Shown in pieces: positions 41,241 to 53,651 of a stretch of 64,000 nucleotides of DNA. The stretch covers positions 89,316,647 through 89,380,646 of the forward strand of contig NC_068984.1 of the NCBI RefSeq assembly GCF_001194135.2, read 5' to 3'. The first letter of the stretch is position 1, and every line of letters starts with the position of its first letter. A program made the translations under genes and the position numbers. The DNA is from Octopus bimaculoides (Eukaryota). The notes under the pieces are model-generated. The model did no database searches. It was not told where the DNA came from and saw only the letters and a list, made by a program, of their open reading frames with translations.

Positions 41241-44084
41241 TCCCATACTTATTAGAAAATGAAAATACTAATTATTGATTAATATATTTTTTTTTTTTGC
41301 CTTACTGCATACTTCTTTCTGGCTAGCTTTTTTATGTTTTATGTACTTATATAAATGTTGAAGCCAACTTCACTGTTTTCTAAATTCTTTAAACAATTCT
41401 ACCTTTCCTACGTCAACCAAAATGCAATCTTAAGAGATGCAGTAAAATATACAATGGAAAATAAGTTTTTATGGCTAAATAATATTTATTTCGATTAAAA
41501 TCGATCATGAAAGAGAGTAAGGTAAAATCGTCCCAGACTAGATCTTAACTCTTAGTCATTACTATGCTTGACACAAATGCAAAAACCCTGCAGCTGGCAT
41601 TGTTATTACTGTGAAAAATACCCAAGAGATTCACATGATTAGAAAGAAGTTTTATTTTTTGTGTATATCTTATGTGTTATATAATATATATATATATATA
41701 TATATACAAACATACTGGAATTTTAATTAGAAGCACCCATTTTCCAGATGTTATGTGGTGACCTTGACATTAAACGAACTTAAAATGACTATCAGAAAGC
41801 CATCCATTGGCCTGAACTTCGAAATACTCTAGCCAATAAGAGAGCCTCTACGTGGTTGATCACCCTGCTAAAAATAGCAGCCATATTTTTCTCAAATCAC
41901 ATATTGCCGTCATGGATAGGACAATCACGACTGGAACGCCTTAGATCTAGACCAGATTGAGGTTAAACAACAACTTCAAAATAATCATCTCAGTCGATTT
42001 TATGGAATATATAAGTTATGGCTCGTACTTTGAGATTTAATATCTAGTTGGTTAAAACAGCTCACAGCACTAGTAAAACGATTATGTATTGTATTTACAA
42101 ATGTCGTTGTTCTCATGGAAGAAACAAATAGTTCTGTTTCATCATTTTTTGTTCTCTGTTCAAATCTCGTTGGAGAAGACTTTACTACTCATCCATCTGA
42201 GGCGGACGCTGTACAATACCGATCAAATTCACTAAACCCGACTAAGCAATGTACTCTAGTACAAGACAAGATACCACTATAGTTATATATTAAAAACTCT
42301 GAACAAAATGCATTTTTAACAGACATCCATTGAAATACGAATGTCCACCAGTCTATTTGTTAAAGCATGAATTTTGATTGCTGCTTCGTACTAAAACTTC
42401 ATTATTACACGAATTACTCTGTGTGTATGTGCGTGCGTGCGCGCGTAAACAGTTGAATATACTTGAATTAAATAAATTTTCTACCTATTTATTTGAATTT
42501 TTCATGAGAAATTTGAAAACCAGAATTTATACGTAAGTTAATTAGCATCATAACTTGCAAAATTTCAAGTCCTAAACACTGGTGAGCTGAAAATGATACA
42601 GCATCAATCAGCTGATTCAGAAACACTGACAAAGGCAACGCTAAATAAATACAATGTCTAAAAATAGAAAGCAGCAGAAAGAAAAAAAAAGAGAAAGATG
42701 AAATTGCTCAAACTTTATTTGAAAATACTTCATGTGATGACTTCAACAGAAAATAAAAAGGGAAAGGAAGATCATTGGTAATATTACTAGTAGGTTAGTT
42801 AGACACCCATGTCGACAAAATACGATACTAACCAAACTTCATATGCACCAAATAAAAATTAGCTACCAAATAGTTATGGATAAACAAATTTATTGCGAGT
42901 AGATTTATTCTTTAAGTTCATAAAGAAAGTATTCCGGATTTAAATTTTAAAATAATTAAAAAAATATTTTGTGATCAAACATTATTTAACCTATATGATA
43001 CGTTTTCGTAACCTTTAAAAATGGGGTGAAAGAAATTAGCAAGAGTGTACGAGACACAGATCACAAGGGACATTATACATTCATGGAACAGTGTATAAAG
43101 CACTTTGTTGATTACCTATTATATATACTGCAAAACACGTGAGGAATAAACGTATAAGTATATGAAACATACACGAAACGAATTAAATGTGCGAGGAACA
43201 TATTAACAGTATAAATTTACACGGCTACTGAATAATGACAAGCGTATATGCTGTCATTATGAATTCTAATTAAACATCTATTTTTAGGATGAAGCTACCA
43301 CGATCAACTACATTTTACAGTCCCTAGTTTTAGATACGGCATTGCGGTGTCTACATGATTCTATGACTATCGGCTGTATTGCATGAATATCGATTTACAT
43401 AAATAGAACTCTTATTTATAAATTAGTGGAAATCAGACTGGCTTTCACTTTCTACTTTTAAGGGTATAAGTGACGTCAAACGAAACCAGATCATAACAAG
43501 CCTTTATGTGGTCCCTTCACTGGCTAGAAATAGCAGATACAAACACCATCCTACAGTTTAAAGATGAAGGCATGAAAAAAATAATGAAGTGTCAGAAAAT
43601 ATATATAATAGATAAATAAATACACAAGTAAATAAACTGTGACAGACTGTCACAGTTTTGATCAGCCCAGCTGAATTGGGAGCAAATAAGTGCCAAATCA
43701 CGGACTTGTCGAGAACTTATACACGACAAATTGCCATCTAGATTGTCCAGAGCGACAACTCATTATTCTTTTTACATATTTACAAGTTTGTATCGGTATG
43801 AATAACTATTTACTAACTATTCGTGGTGTCGAATTAATTCATATTTCCACATCGTCCTATAACACTAATACTAAAAACAGACAATAATGTTAATGCATTA
43901 CGCAACGTAAGCTGTAGCGTGAAGTTAGAGGATTCTTCAAAGTTAGGTTGATAAAACTAAAATTGTTCGGGATGTAAGACACAAAAAAAAATCGAATGAT
44001 TCCATTAAATTTAGAGAAATATTTGCAAGGATCCTGCACGAATGATAATTAGGTTTATTACTTAAGAAATATATGCAAACATAC

Positions 44085-44140
44085 CTTAATGTCATATCAA
44101 GGTTTTCGAAATGGCTATCCAAATCAACACCAGTCCTCAT
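44085..44140 (-). CDS. FAM104/VCF-like gene, coding exon 1: MRTGVDLDSHFENLDMTL(S)
   Basis: ACAACC-ATG start context and AG|gtatgt donor. Phase 2 matches the next exon. It lies directly downstream of promoter motifs. Confidence 0.7.
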
Positions 44141-44199
44141 GGTTGTTGGGAGAACAATCAAATGTTGACAAAACTCCCTTCCAGCAAGCGACGACTACG

Positions 44200-44285
44200 C
44201 TTAGCATGAGATTTAGCAAACTGCGCATGTGCACACAGCTGAGTCGTAGAGAAAGAAAAGACCCAGCATGACGTCACTTCCTATG
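44200..44285 (-). promoter_or_regulatory. Putative promoter of the FAM104-like gene: NRF1-like site plus overlapping ETS-CRE motif
   Basis: TGCGCATGTGCA at 44222-44233. TGACGTCA at 44269-44276 overlaps CACTTCC at 44275-44281. The region is CpG-retaining and lies 80-140 nt upstream of the ATG. Confidence 0.65.
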
Positions 44286-47229
44286 TCATAAATACTACCA
44301 CTATTCTTCAATAATGCTAATTTGTTTATATTTTAATGTAGTTTTGTGTTATATATGTATCATATACATATGTGTTATATATGTAATAATTATTATCTCC
44401 GTTGGTAATAAAACTTTGATGTATTTTGCAAAAGAAAAAAAAAGAACCAGTAATTTACTTATTTATTTATTCAGAAATTTCATCTGAAAATACAGTTTTT
44501 TCCAACCTGCTAAAAATAGCAGACAAAAATTCGTCAAATCACTTTCTACTGTCTTGAATAAACATTCATTGAATAGTATAATCCTGGATACATTAAAAGA
44601 AGAAAAAACAAGATGAGATGATCGTAATAGGAAAGCCTTTGATCATAAATCTGCTGGTTAGTACTGATCTAAGTTAAATACCGACAACGTGCATTCTTTT
44701 CTACTGATTTGTTTGGTATTGCTATGTCTGCTTTAAAGAAAGCGTAGGTGGTCTGTCAGCCTCAACCAACATCATTGATTTGTCTGTAACCAAGATTTAA
44801 TTCACAAATAACCAAGTGTATTTTGCTGTAATTAGTTGCTACAGGACAGGAACAACTCGCTACTGTTGAATGTATTAGTTGTTATTTAGCTCCAGCCAGC
44901 TCTGATCAAAGGCATTTTTGCTGTGATCGCCCTGTATTTTATTCATCTAAAATATGTCAAGGGTCACATTATTCAATATACCCTTCCTTGCTTTAAGACG
45001 AAAGGATGTCATGTGAGAGAGAATGGGATTCTGCTTCTTGTAGGAAGGTTACTTCGTTGGCTTGTGATTCGTTATTTTAAATCTTCCTGTGAAGGTGTGG
45101 AAGCCACTTTTTCTTTCAGGATTTGTTTACAATAGTGAGCTATGTTTTGTGTGCAAGGACAGTTCCGTGATGCTCCTTATGTAAAGGTACCTTCTGTCTT
45201 GTGGATATCCTCCATACACACTCTTCTAAGTGTAGAACCCTTCAGAATGAAATTTTCAAGGACAAATCCTCCACATTCATAATGTAAAGTAGGACAGAAA
45301 ACCTACGATAAAAAAAACAAAACAAAAAAAAAAACACAAGTATATAGTTAAGATTTTCGAAACAAAAAAATTTAAGAAAATGAAATGATTAATTTATTAA
45401 TTATTCAGTTTGAGTTTAATTATAGAAATACACATTACATTATTTTGACCTTCTCAAAAAATATTTTGTCGACCTGAAGAGATAGTGTTCAAGGGAGTTT
45501 CATCCGAGGACAATAGTTTCCCAAATTTTTTTTCCAGAAATTAAAAGTGGTATTCAGTTGTTTGATCAGCTGAACTATTAATTCTTTACATTAGCATAAA
45601 AGTGACTGAGTATGCTAAGTGCATATGCAGGCAGACAACGTAACAAAGCTGTACCTTGAATTACAGATGGAATTTATCTGAAAGGCTTCTGCACAGTTTC
45701 AGTTTTTCTACCTGAAGTAGTGGTAAAAGGCTCTTGCCCAAGACGCTACACAGTCGGATGGAATCTGAAATCTCATGATTCGGTGCACAATTCTGATACA
45801 TTTCAATACTGACTGTTCGGTGTTACTGTAGATTCAATCTAAATGCAATCTATATTATAAAAGTCAAGATGATCTCCGTCTGTCTGTCTGTCCATCTGTC
45901 ACAGCATATATGTAGAAGGGGGGGGGGAGAAAGAAATACAGTGAGAGAAAGGAGAGAGAGAGAATGTGTGTGTGAAAGATAAATAGATAGGGCTGTCACT
46001 ATAGTAATTAACAAGTTTTGATTAAAAAAGCAGGAATTTTGAGTGCAAATCTGTCAACACAATGCAACAAAACACAGACTTCAAAAAAAGACAACGCAAC
46101 ACAGACCTAAAAAAAAGACAACTTTTACTATATAACAGTCTACTATTAAGTGACTGTACCATACGAAGCCATGACATTTCTCATGAGAGAGAAAGTGTGT
46201 GTGTGTGTGTAAAAGATAGAATTAAAATGTTTAAAAAAAAATGTATTTTAAATAAATGTTATTGTTCAACAAAAGTCAATCTAAACATTATTTGAACAAC
46301 TTATGAAGGTATGTGCATGATTAACAAATATTCTTACTGGCAGCATGGCGACTGATAAAGACCTAGTTGATATAATTGTTTTGTGAACACCAGAGTTTAA
46401 ATGAGGGTTTAATCCTTGACACAGCTAGCTCATATTTGAGCTTGGATTAGCTGGTTTCTGATCTTGATAAGACATAGTAGATTGTTGGGAACCTAATTTC
46501 ACACGTTTAGGTCATGAGAAATGGATGGAATATATCATTAGAGTTGGGTATCCTGTTGCTTCTTGCTGAAGCCAGAAAGCTGTAATATTGTTAATAGTGT
46601 CAAATGTGCTAGAGGCTGTAGCAGTAACTATTGAGCTACCTCTAGTTCAGAGATAGGAAATATAAAAATAACAGCTAAGTGGTGGCTTTCAGTCATTTGA
46701 CCAAGAGAAATAGACAGACATAGCAATGACGTGAATGGCTCTAAGTCTAATTGACTAAGAAGTAAAGAGCAGGGTTAGCAAGCTGTTTTTATTAATGGAA
46801 CGCTAGACATTCTAGGAACTTCCAAGAGAAACGCTAAGCTTCTTGAATAATTAAGAATCACGTCTCATGACACAGATGCTTCAAGAAACTTAGAAAGGGA
46901 GGTTACTCTATAATCTTTCTTGCAAAGAAGATCATTCAACTATAAGGCCATAGATACAGTTCTGAACTTCAGGAATTTGACATTGCAATGTTGGTGTCAG
47001 AAATGACTCTATGCAGTGTTCCTCAGTACAACCTTGCTTTCATGAAAATACTGTTATCGATTTGAAACTGTTCATATAAGGTAATCTTATCTCTTAATGT
47101 ATACATTTAAACTAAGAAAAGATAAAACATTTTAAACTTACATAATTCCATACTTGATTTCTGAACAATATCTCTTCATGCTAAGGAAGAAGCAAGTGAG
47201 TCATTGTAAGCTGGGGAATATAAGCTATA

Positions 47230-47810
47230 AAGGTGCATTCCAGAAGTTTTCAAACTTTTCAAGAGAGACATTTATTAATTTCAAAGAAGTATAAAACCCT
47301 TACCTCCTTCAATGCACTTATTGTAGCACTACAACCTCTTCGTGAAGGTCTTATGGAAGTCCTCCAAACTGAAGTTGCCCAGGTTCCTTGTTACAGCGTC
47401 CTTCATCTTCAAAACAACTGCCCCTGGGGTTTTTCTTCAGTTTTGAGAACAGCCAAAGAGTCACAGGATGCAAGGTCTGGACTGTAGGGAGGCTGAAGAG
47501 CAGTTTTAATTCCTGTCTCTGTCCAATTGTTCATTACTGAGCAGCCTGGGAACTTGGTGTATGTTCAGATCTTCATGAATAACTCTATGTACAGTTGTCA
47601 CACCAACTCCAAACAGTATGCTCATTGTCTTTGTAGACACACAATGGTCTTCATCCAGAAAACTGTTAATTTTCTCACCCAGTTCTAATGTTCCTCTACC
47701 TCCCACACCTCTCATCGTCTCTCACCTCCACTTTACCACCCTTGAACCTGTTGTGTTAGTGAAAATGTTAACCCATAAGTAGTCTGGGGCATTTCCTAAA
47801 TTTCAGAAGT
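47230..47810 (-). mobile_element. Deleted mariner-like element
   Basis: Minus translation includes HTH-like ILFGVGVTTVHRVIHEDL. GGTGCATTCC and GGGGCATTTCC lie near the ends. Confidence 0.55.
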
Positions 47811-48395
47811 GTTTTTTGTCCTGTTTAACACATAAAACTTTATTGCATAGCGAGCTTCCAAACGTCCCGACTGCATTTTGCAAACTAGACAGCTATGACA
47901 AGCAGTATGTGTTCAAAGTGTTATTACAGCCATCTCCTTCAATCTGGAAAAACAAAAGTTGGCAGGTCAGCTTATCAGATGTATAGTAATGATATATTAA
48001 AATTACAATGATCTAGGACAGTTATAACTGCTTTTCCTAAAAAAAGTCTGTAAACCTCTGGAATGCACTTCATATCATACTATTAGCTTTTGGCAGCCTC
48101 ACTAACTTTGTTTCCTCATAACTATTTGGAGAGAAAGATGTTTCTGAAGGTGCAGATTATGATCATGCTTTTGAAAATTAATTTTTAAAATTGCATACAA
48201 TAAAAAAAAGACGTCCATATCTTTTTAAGTATTTAATAACCGTTGGCCATTACACAACATAAATCTATGATATTATTCTGATTATTATTAATGTAAAACT
48301 GTTAGACATAACAATATTTCTGTGTTTACATTTAGCTTATAATACAAGTTGAAAGTATTTGGCTCTGAAATAATTAACCCTACTACAGTTCAGAT

Positions 48396-48789
48396 GTGGA
48401 GGCGCAATGGCCCAGTGGTTAGGGCAGCGGACTGGCGGTCATAGGATCGCGGTTTCGATTCCCAGACTGGGCGTTGTGAGTGTTTATTGAGCGAAAACAC
48501 CTAAAGCTCCACGAGGCTCCGGCAGGGGATGGTGGCGAACCCTGCTGTACTCTTCCACCACAACTTTCTCTCACTCTTACTTCCTGTTTCTGTTGTGCCT
48601 GTAATTCAAAGGGTCAGCCTTGTCACACTGTGTCACACTGAATATCCCCGTGAACTACGTTAAGGGTACACGTGTCTGTGGAGTGCTCAGCCACTTGCAC
48701 GTTAATTTCATGAGCAGGCTGTTCCGTTCATCGGATCAACTGGAACCCTCGACGTCATAAGCGACGGAGTGCCAACAACAACAACAACA
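48396..48789 (+). mobile_element. Young full-length tRNA-derived SINE with (CAA)n tail and 11-bp TSD
   Basis: A-box TGGCCCAGTGG and B-box GGTTTCGATTCC. CpG-rich. ACAGTTCAGAT at 48385-48395 and 48790-48800. Confidence 0.9.
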
Positions 48790-49239
48790 ACAGTTCAGAT
48801 CAAAAGAGTTCTAGATAATATTCTGCAATGCACTCTGTTACTCTTATCTCACTCTATTATGTTTTGCAACAACCATGAGTAATTAAAGAATAAAACAGGT
48901 ACAAACTTCTTTCCTTTCTGAATAAAAAAATCTTTTTAGTTTTGTCAACACAATAAACAAATACTCATTTGAAAACGCGTCTCTATAAATTTTTTTTATA
49001 AAATATGCATTTAGAAAAAAGTGAGTGAGGTACTAAAATGTTAATATACCTAGCTTTGGTTACTTATTTTGGTAATACATAGTCCTTAGAACATATTATT
49101 GCACCTTTAAGACTAAAATTTTATTTTTAATGTAGCAGTAATTATTTTAAATTCTGTTGTATTTCTTCATTAAGATTATATCATATTTATGCTACTGAAT
49201 AACACCTTCTATACTTCAGCTTTAGACTGGGACAAATTA

Positions 49240-50400
49240 ATGCCAAGATAGCAAATTCTGCAACTTCTTTGAATAGCTTTGATTCAGATGAGTCTTATAC
49301 AGGATCACCCTCACTCCAGAAATTTACAATATCTTTGTTGTAGATCTAATTAATTTTTTTATACTGGTTTGATGGAATGAAATGCTTCTATGAATTCAAT
49401 TAAAAAAGCAGTTAGTTGCTTGTTTTATAGAATAATTTTTCAACCAAATATAATGATGCATTCCTTAAGATCTTCAATTGACGAAAAATATACAGAAGAA
49501 ACTACAAATGTTTTTCTTAGACGTATTTCTTCATGTCTTGTTGCTGTGTAATCTTTCAGTCATTGAATATTAATTGGAAGAGATCAGTTAATTCATCCAA
49601 GTTTGTGGGGCTTTTTTGTCTTGTACTCTCCATACTTTCTCTAAAACTGGATAAAAAGAAGGATGATTAGATTTTTCTCATCATTACAGATATCAGCAAA
49701 AATTTCCGATTTATGTAAGGTGATGAGCTGACCAAAATTTTAAACCCAATATTTCTGAAGTATAAAACACTTTTATTCAGTCTCATATGTCAAAGTGGGT
49801 TCTTAACTCAAACCATTATGGTCCAATGCATCCAACACTAGACTCAATGGAAACTCATCTTGTTTTACAGTCAGCTGAAATTTTCAAGTGATTTTCCATC
49901 AGTTATAACTTCATGTAGCTTTTTATATGACAGCTGTATTTTTTTTTTTGTCTTTGGGATGATAAAGAAAATCACTTGTATGTCTTAGAGATAAGGATGC
50001 ATTTGAAGCTGCTAATTGAAGAGATTGACACACATCTCATTAAGATAAGTGATGGAATTTCTCTTTTAAGCCAGACATCTTTATTTATGCTACTACCACA
50101 CTTGTTATAAGTGGCAACTGCTATAAGCTATGGAATATCAATTTTTTCTTCTTTTCTAATTTCAGTTCACTTGCTAGAACTTCACCAATACATATTTCAA
50201 GCACAACAAAACTGAAATAAGTTGAAAATATTTTCCCTTCATTTTTGGCTAAAATAAATCACTGCAATATCAAAGATGCAATCTGACTCGCCCCAAAACA
50301 AGTCTCCTGCATCAGTCATTAAATCCTTTTCAAAATGTTGGCTCTGTGTATTCTTCATAATTGCAGAACATTTACTTCTATGCAGTTTTAATTGTGAGGT
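49240..50400 (-). mobile_element. Degraded hAT-superfamily transposase
   Basis: Minus-strand pieces LKREIPSLILMRCV / LQLAASNAS (hAT CxxHxLxL region) and SIESSV...WFELRTHF (TRWLS region), with many stops. Confidence 0.6.
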
Positions 50401-50494
50401 TGTTTTACAATGAATTTCATTTTAAGGCATGTCTGTTACAGGGTTACAATTCTTTAAGACAAACAAACCACAACAAACAATATGGGTTTTTGTG

Positions 50495-51912
50495 GATCTA
50501 GTTAAATTGATTCACAAAATCAGCCCCCTTTAATTTTGCTCAGATTGCTTTCAATTTTGGTGTAATGATGCAACTCTGAATTTGATTACGATCAACCAAT
50601 TACTTTATCTTGTAAATTAAAGAATCCAATGTTATTTGGAATTAAAGTTGGGAAATTTGGATAATTTTAGCCATTCAACAGACAGCAAGGCATTAACAGC
50701 TTGTTACCATGACAACCGCATGTTGTGTAGTTTCACTTCACCTGCATCTGTGCCACATGTGAACATTTTTTCCCACGAGAGTTCTCTACCCCAGTAATGA
50801 ACTCATTTGCATACAGCCAATCAGAGCTCACTTTGACCATGTCAAGTTAAGAAACACACTCTATCAAGTAAACTCAAGACAAAGAACGGTGTTGTAAGTC
50901 GACCAATCGCCAAGTTATACCTGATTTTAGAAAGAGACAAGTAATTAGGTAGATGTGCATCTATACCTTTTATCAGATTTTGTTAGGGCCCCATATGATA
51001 AAGATGTGGATGAAAAAAAGTGTGGGTAGAGGGGATGTGCTAGCAACCCTCTCCCCTTACTGTTTCAGAAAGTAAACAACAACACAAATAACTATGCAGA
51101 GGCAGCCATAGTTGAAACAAGAACAAGAACACAAGCGTTATCAAAAGAAAATAGATGCATGGTCATTCCTTACCCAAGTGACCTTATCTTATCGTCCATC
51201 ACTTGTTATGCGCTCATAAATTAGTTTGATAGTTGAGCTCTGATTGGCTGTATGCAATTGAGTTCATAACTGGGGTCTGGAACTCTTGTGGGAAAAAAAT
51301 TTTGCGTGCCGCATGTTGTACTGTGTTGATTCTTCACTCCAGAAATTCATTTTACCTGCGCGTTTTGTTCTAATTTTTCTGTGGAGTGATACAGATAATT
51401 TGACATTATTTTTGAATTCTGCATGCAAAAACATATAAGATACAAATATTCTTTTTCTTGGGACAAATTCTTTGTTGATCAGTGTTATTCTTATTGTAGT
51501 TTACAAATCCAAGCATGAAAACGTTACTCAACTTTGGAGTGACAAATATATTAATATAACAAATTTTTAAAAAATAATAAAAATATACAAAACACTATGG
51601 AAATCAATGAAGAGATAAAAGAAACAATAAGATGATACCTGTTGACTTTATTAAGTAACAGATCATTGCACAGGGTAGAACCTTAAAGTTGACACCATTA
51701 CAATGCAGGAAATTTCTGTTTCACTATTGGCTAAAAATACACAGTTTTTTCGATTTTCAAACCTCAGTGACTTTTTCCTCAATTTTCTTTTTTTTCCACA
51801 AGATCATGGGTTCACAACAATAAGAGTGGAAAACTACATCAATATAACTGATTTTCAGACTTTTTACTTCCTTTTAAAAAATGCAGACTCCGCCAATCAA
51901 TTTAACTAGATC
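50495..51912. repeat. Nested inverted-repeat segment (18-bp outer IR, about 75-bp inner IR)
   Basis: GATCTAGTTAAATTGATT at 50495-50512 with its exact reverse complement at 51895-51912. Inner IR at about 50765-50835 and 51235-51300. Confidence 0.65.
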
Positions 51913-53306
51913 TGGTATTTCTTTCAAACAAAAATACTGTGTTGCATCCTCATAAACTTGGACCATACTAGGAATTTCAGTGATATTAATGAGTTTTAGG
52001 GTCTTTTGTAATCACAACACTTGGTATTTATCTTAGTTCTGTATGCACTGCACCGTATATCAATTCTCTTCTGAAGTCTTGCCTATATTTCTTTATCTTT
52101 GGAATTATGGGTTAGAGAAATTGCATATTTTAAACATTACTTTAGCACAACAACTACATGTCGCTGAGTTATTGGGAATCATGGAAAAGTGTTGGTACAT
52201 TGCTAATGAGTGGTAGTTAATTGTACCTAATTCATTACTTATTTGTAACAAAGCTAAACAATGTGTCACTCACAACAAAATTTGTTATCTGTTTATGCGC
52301 ATAAAGTATGTATTAATGCCAACTTAATTTACCTTACAGTTCATTTGACAGTTCACGATTTCGTATTTTTTCACTTCTTTTTAATCATTCCTTTCGCTCC
52401 AGCTACTACAAAGACGAGCCAAACAGCCATCAGTGAAAGCTATAGATCAAGAACACTATCCTTACTTTTTATTTTCTTAACATTTATACAATAGACGGAA
52501 TCAAATAGATGAAAAAAAAAACAAAAAAAAACTTTTAAGACTTATAAGAATGATACGCGTAATCACGGAGGTGTGAGTTTGAGTCTCATAGCTGGCCGCC
52601 TACACTTATTCGAGTCTCATCGCTGGTTGCCTACACTTTTTTCTGCAAAATAGGGTGTCTTATCCTGTTCAGGCTATATTATTAGCATTATCCTGCATTT
52701 GAGAATTTAAAATCACTTCTTTAAAATCTATATAAAAAGACCGAATGTTAAAAATACTGAAATAATTTCAACAAAATTTATTTTCCAATGTTTGAAGTTG
52801 ACTTGAAAAGTGAAGGAAATAGTTTTCACATTACCATATACAAATGGCAAAGGTTATCCCCCTCTATCCTGAGCGTTTATATGAAAGATCCGAATTAATT
52901 ATTCAGTAACAGTGAACTTCAAGTGAAAGGCATTGTTTTAGTTTTACAAACGAATTGATATGCATAATAAAATAATTACGTAGGCGTGTGGGCAAGAAAC
53001 TGGCTTCGCAACTACGAGCTTTTGGATTCAGTTCCACTCGTGGCACCTTAGGGTAGGTGTCTTCAACTATATCCCTGGGTGGACCAATGACTTGTGAGTG
53101 AATTTGGTAGATGGAAACTATGTGAAGCCCGTTGTATGTATGTATGGATGGATGGATGTCTGTATATACGTATGTATGTATGTATGTATGTATGGTGTGT
53201 GTGTGCATGCCCTTGTATTTGTGTTTTTGTTTTAGTCGAAGATAAGCTACATCGACAACTTTGTTGAAAAATATATGTTGTTTCACCAGACAACCCCAAA
53301 ATTTTG

Positions 53307-53401
53307 GGTAATTTTTCAGATTAACACCCACACGATTTCCACTAGGGTGTTAGGTTTAGGGTTTTATGGTCAGGGTCAGGGTTAGGGTTTTAGGGTTAGG
53401 A

Positions 53402-53449
<48 letters not shown>

Positions 53450-53651
53450 TGTTAGGGTTAGGGTTAGGATTAGGGTTAGTGTTAGGGTTACAGTTTTAGG
53501 GTCAGGTTTAGGGTTTTAGGGTTAGGGTTAGGATTAGGGTTAGGGTTTAGGGCTAGGGTTAGTGTTAGAGTTAGGGTTAGGATTAGGATTAGGTTTAGGG
53601 TTTTAGGGTTAAGGTTAGGTAATTGTGCGGGTGTTAATCTGAAAAATTACC
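53307..53651. mobile_element. MITE-like element (Merlin- or hAT-like) with telomeric (TTAGGG)n core
   Basis: 31-bp TIRs at 53307-53337 and 53621-53651 with 2 mismatches. Direct repeat AAATTTTG at 53299-53306 and 53652-53659. Confidence 0.85.
53341..53620 (+). repeat. Interstitial telomere-like array (TTAGGG with TTTAGGG, TTTTAGGG, TTAGGA, TTAGTG and TCAGGG variants)
   Basis: Directly visible tandem hexamer repeat of about 280 bp. Confidence 0.95.

Noticed and set aside
48396-48470. tRNA gene
   Set aside because: A and B boxes are present, but it continues into a SINE body with a tail and TSD, and no convincing acceptor stem is seen.
51900-52430. Minus-strand spliced mini-gene (MNCK|ARLQKRID...CCDYKRP*)
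   Set aside because: The acceptor at about 52082 is purine-rich and weak, and the product is tiny with no recognisable family.
53341-53620. True chromosome end or telomere-fusion scar
   Set aside because: The array is short, single-orientation and degenerate, and it is enclosed by TIRs and a TSD, which points to transposition.
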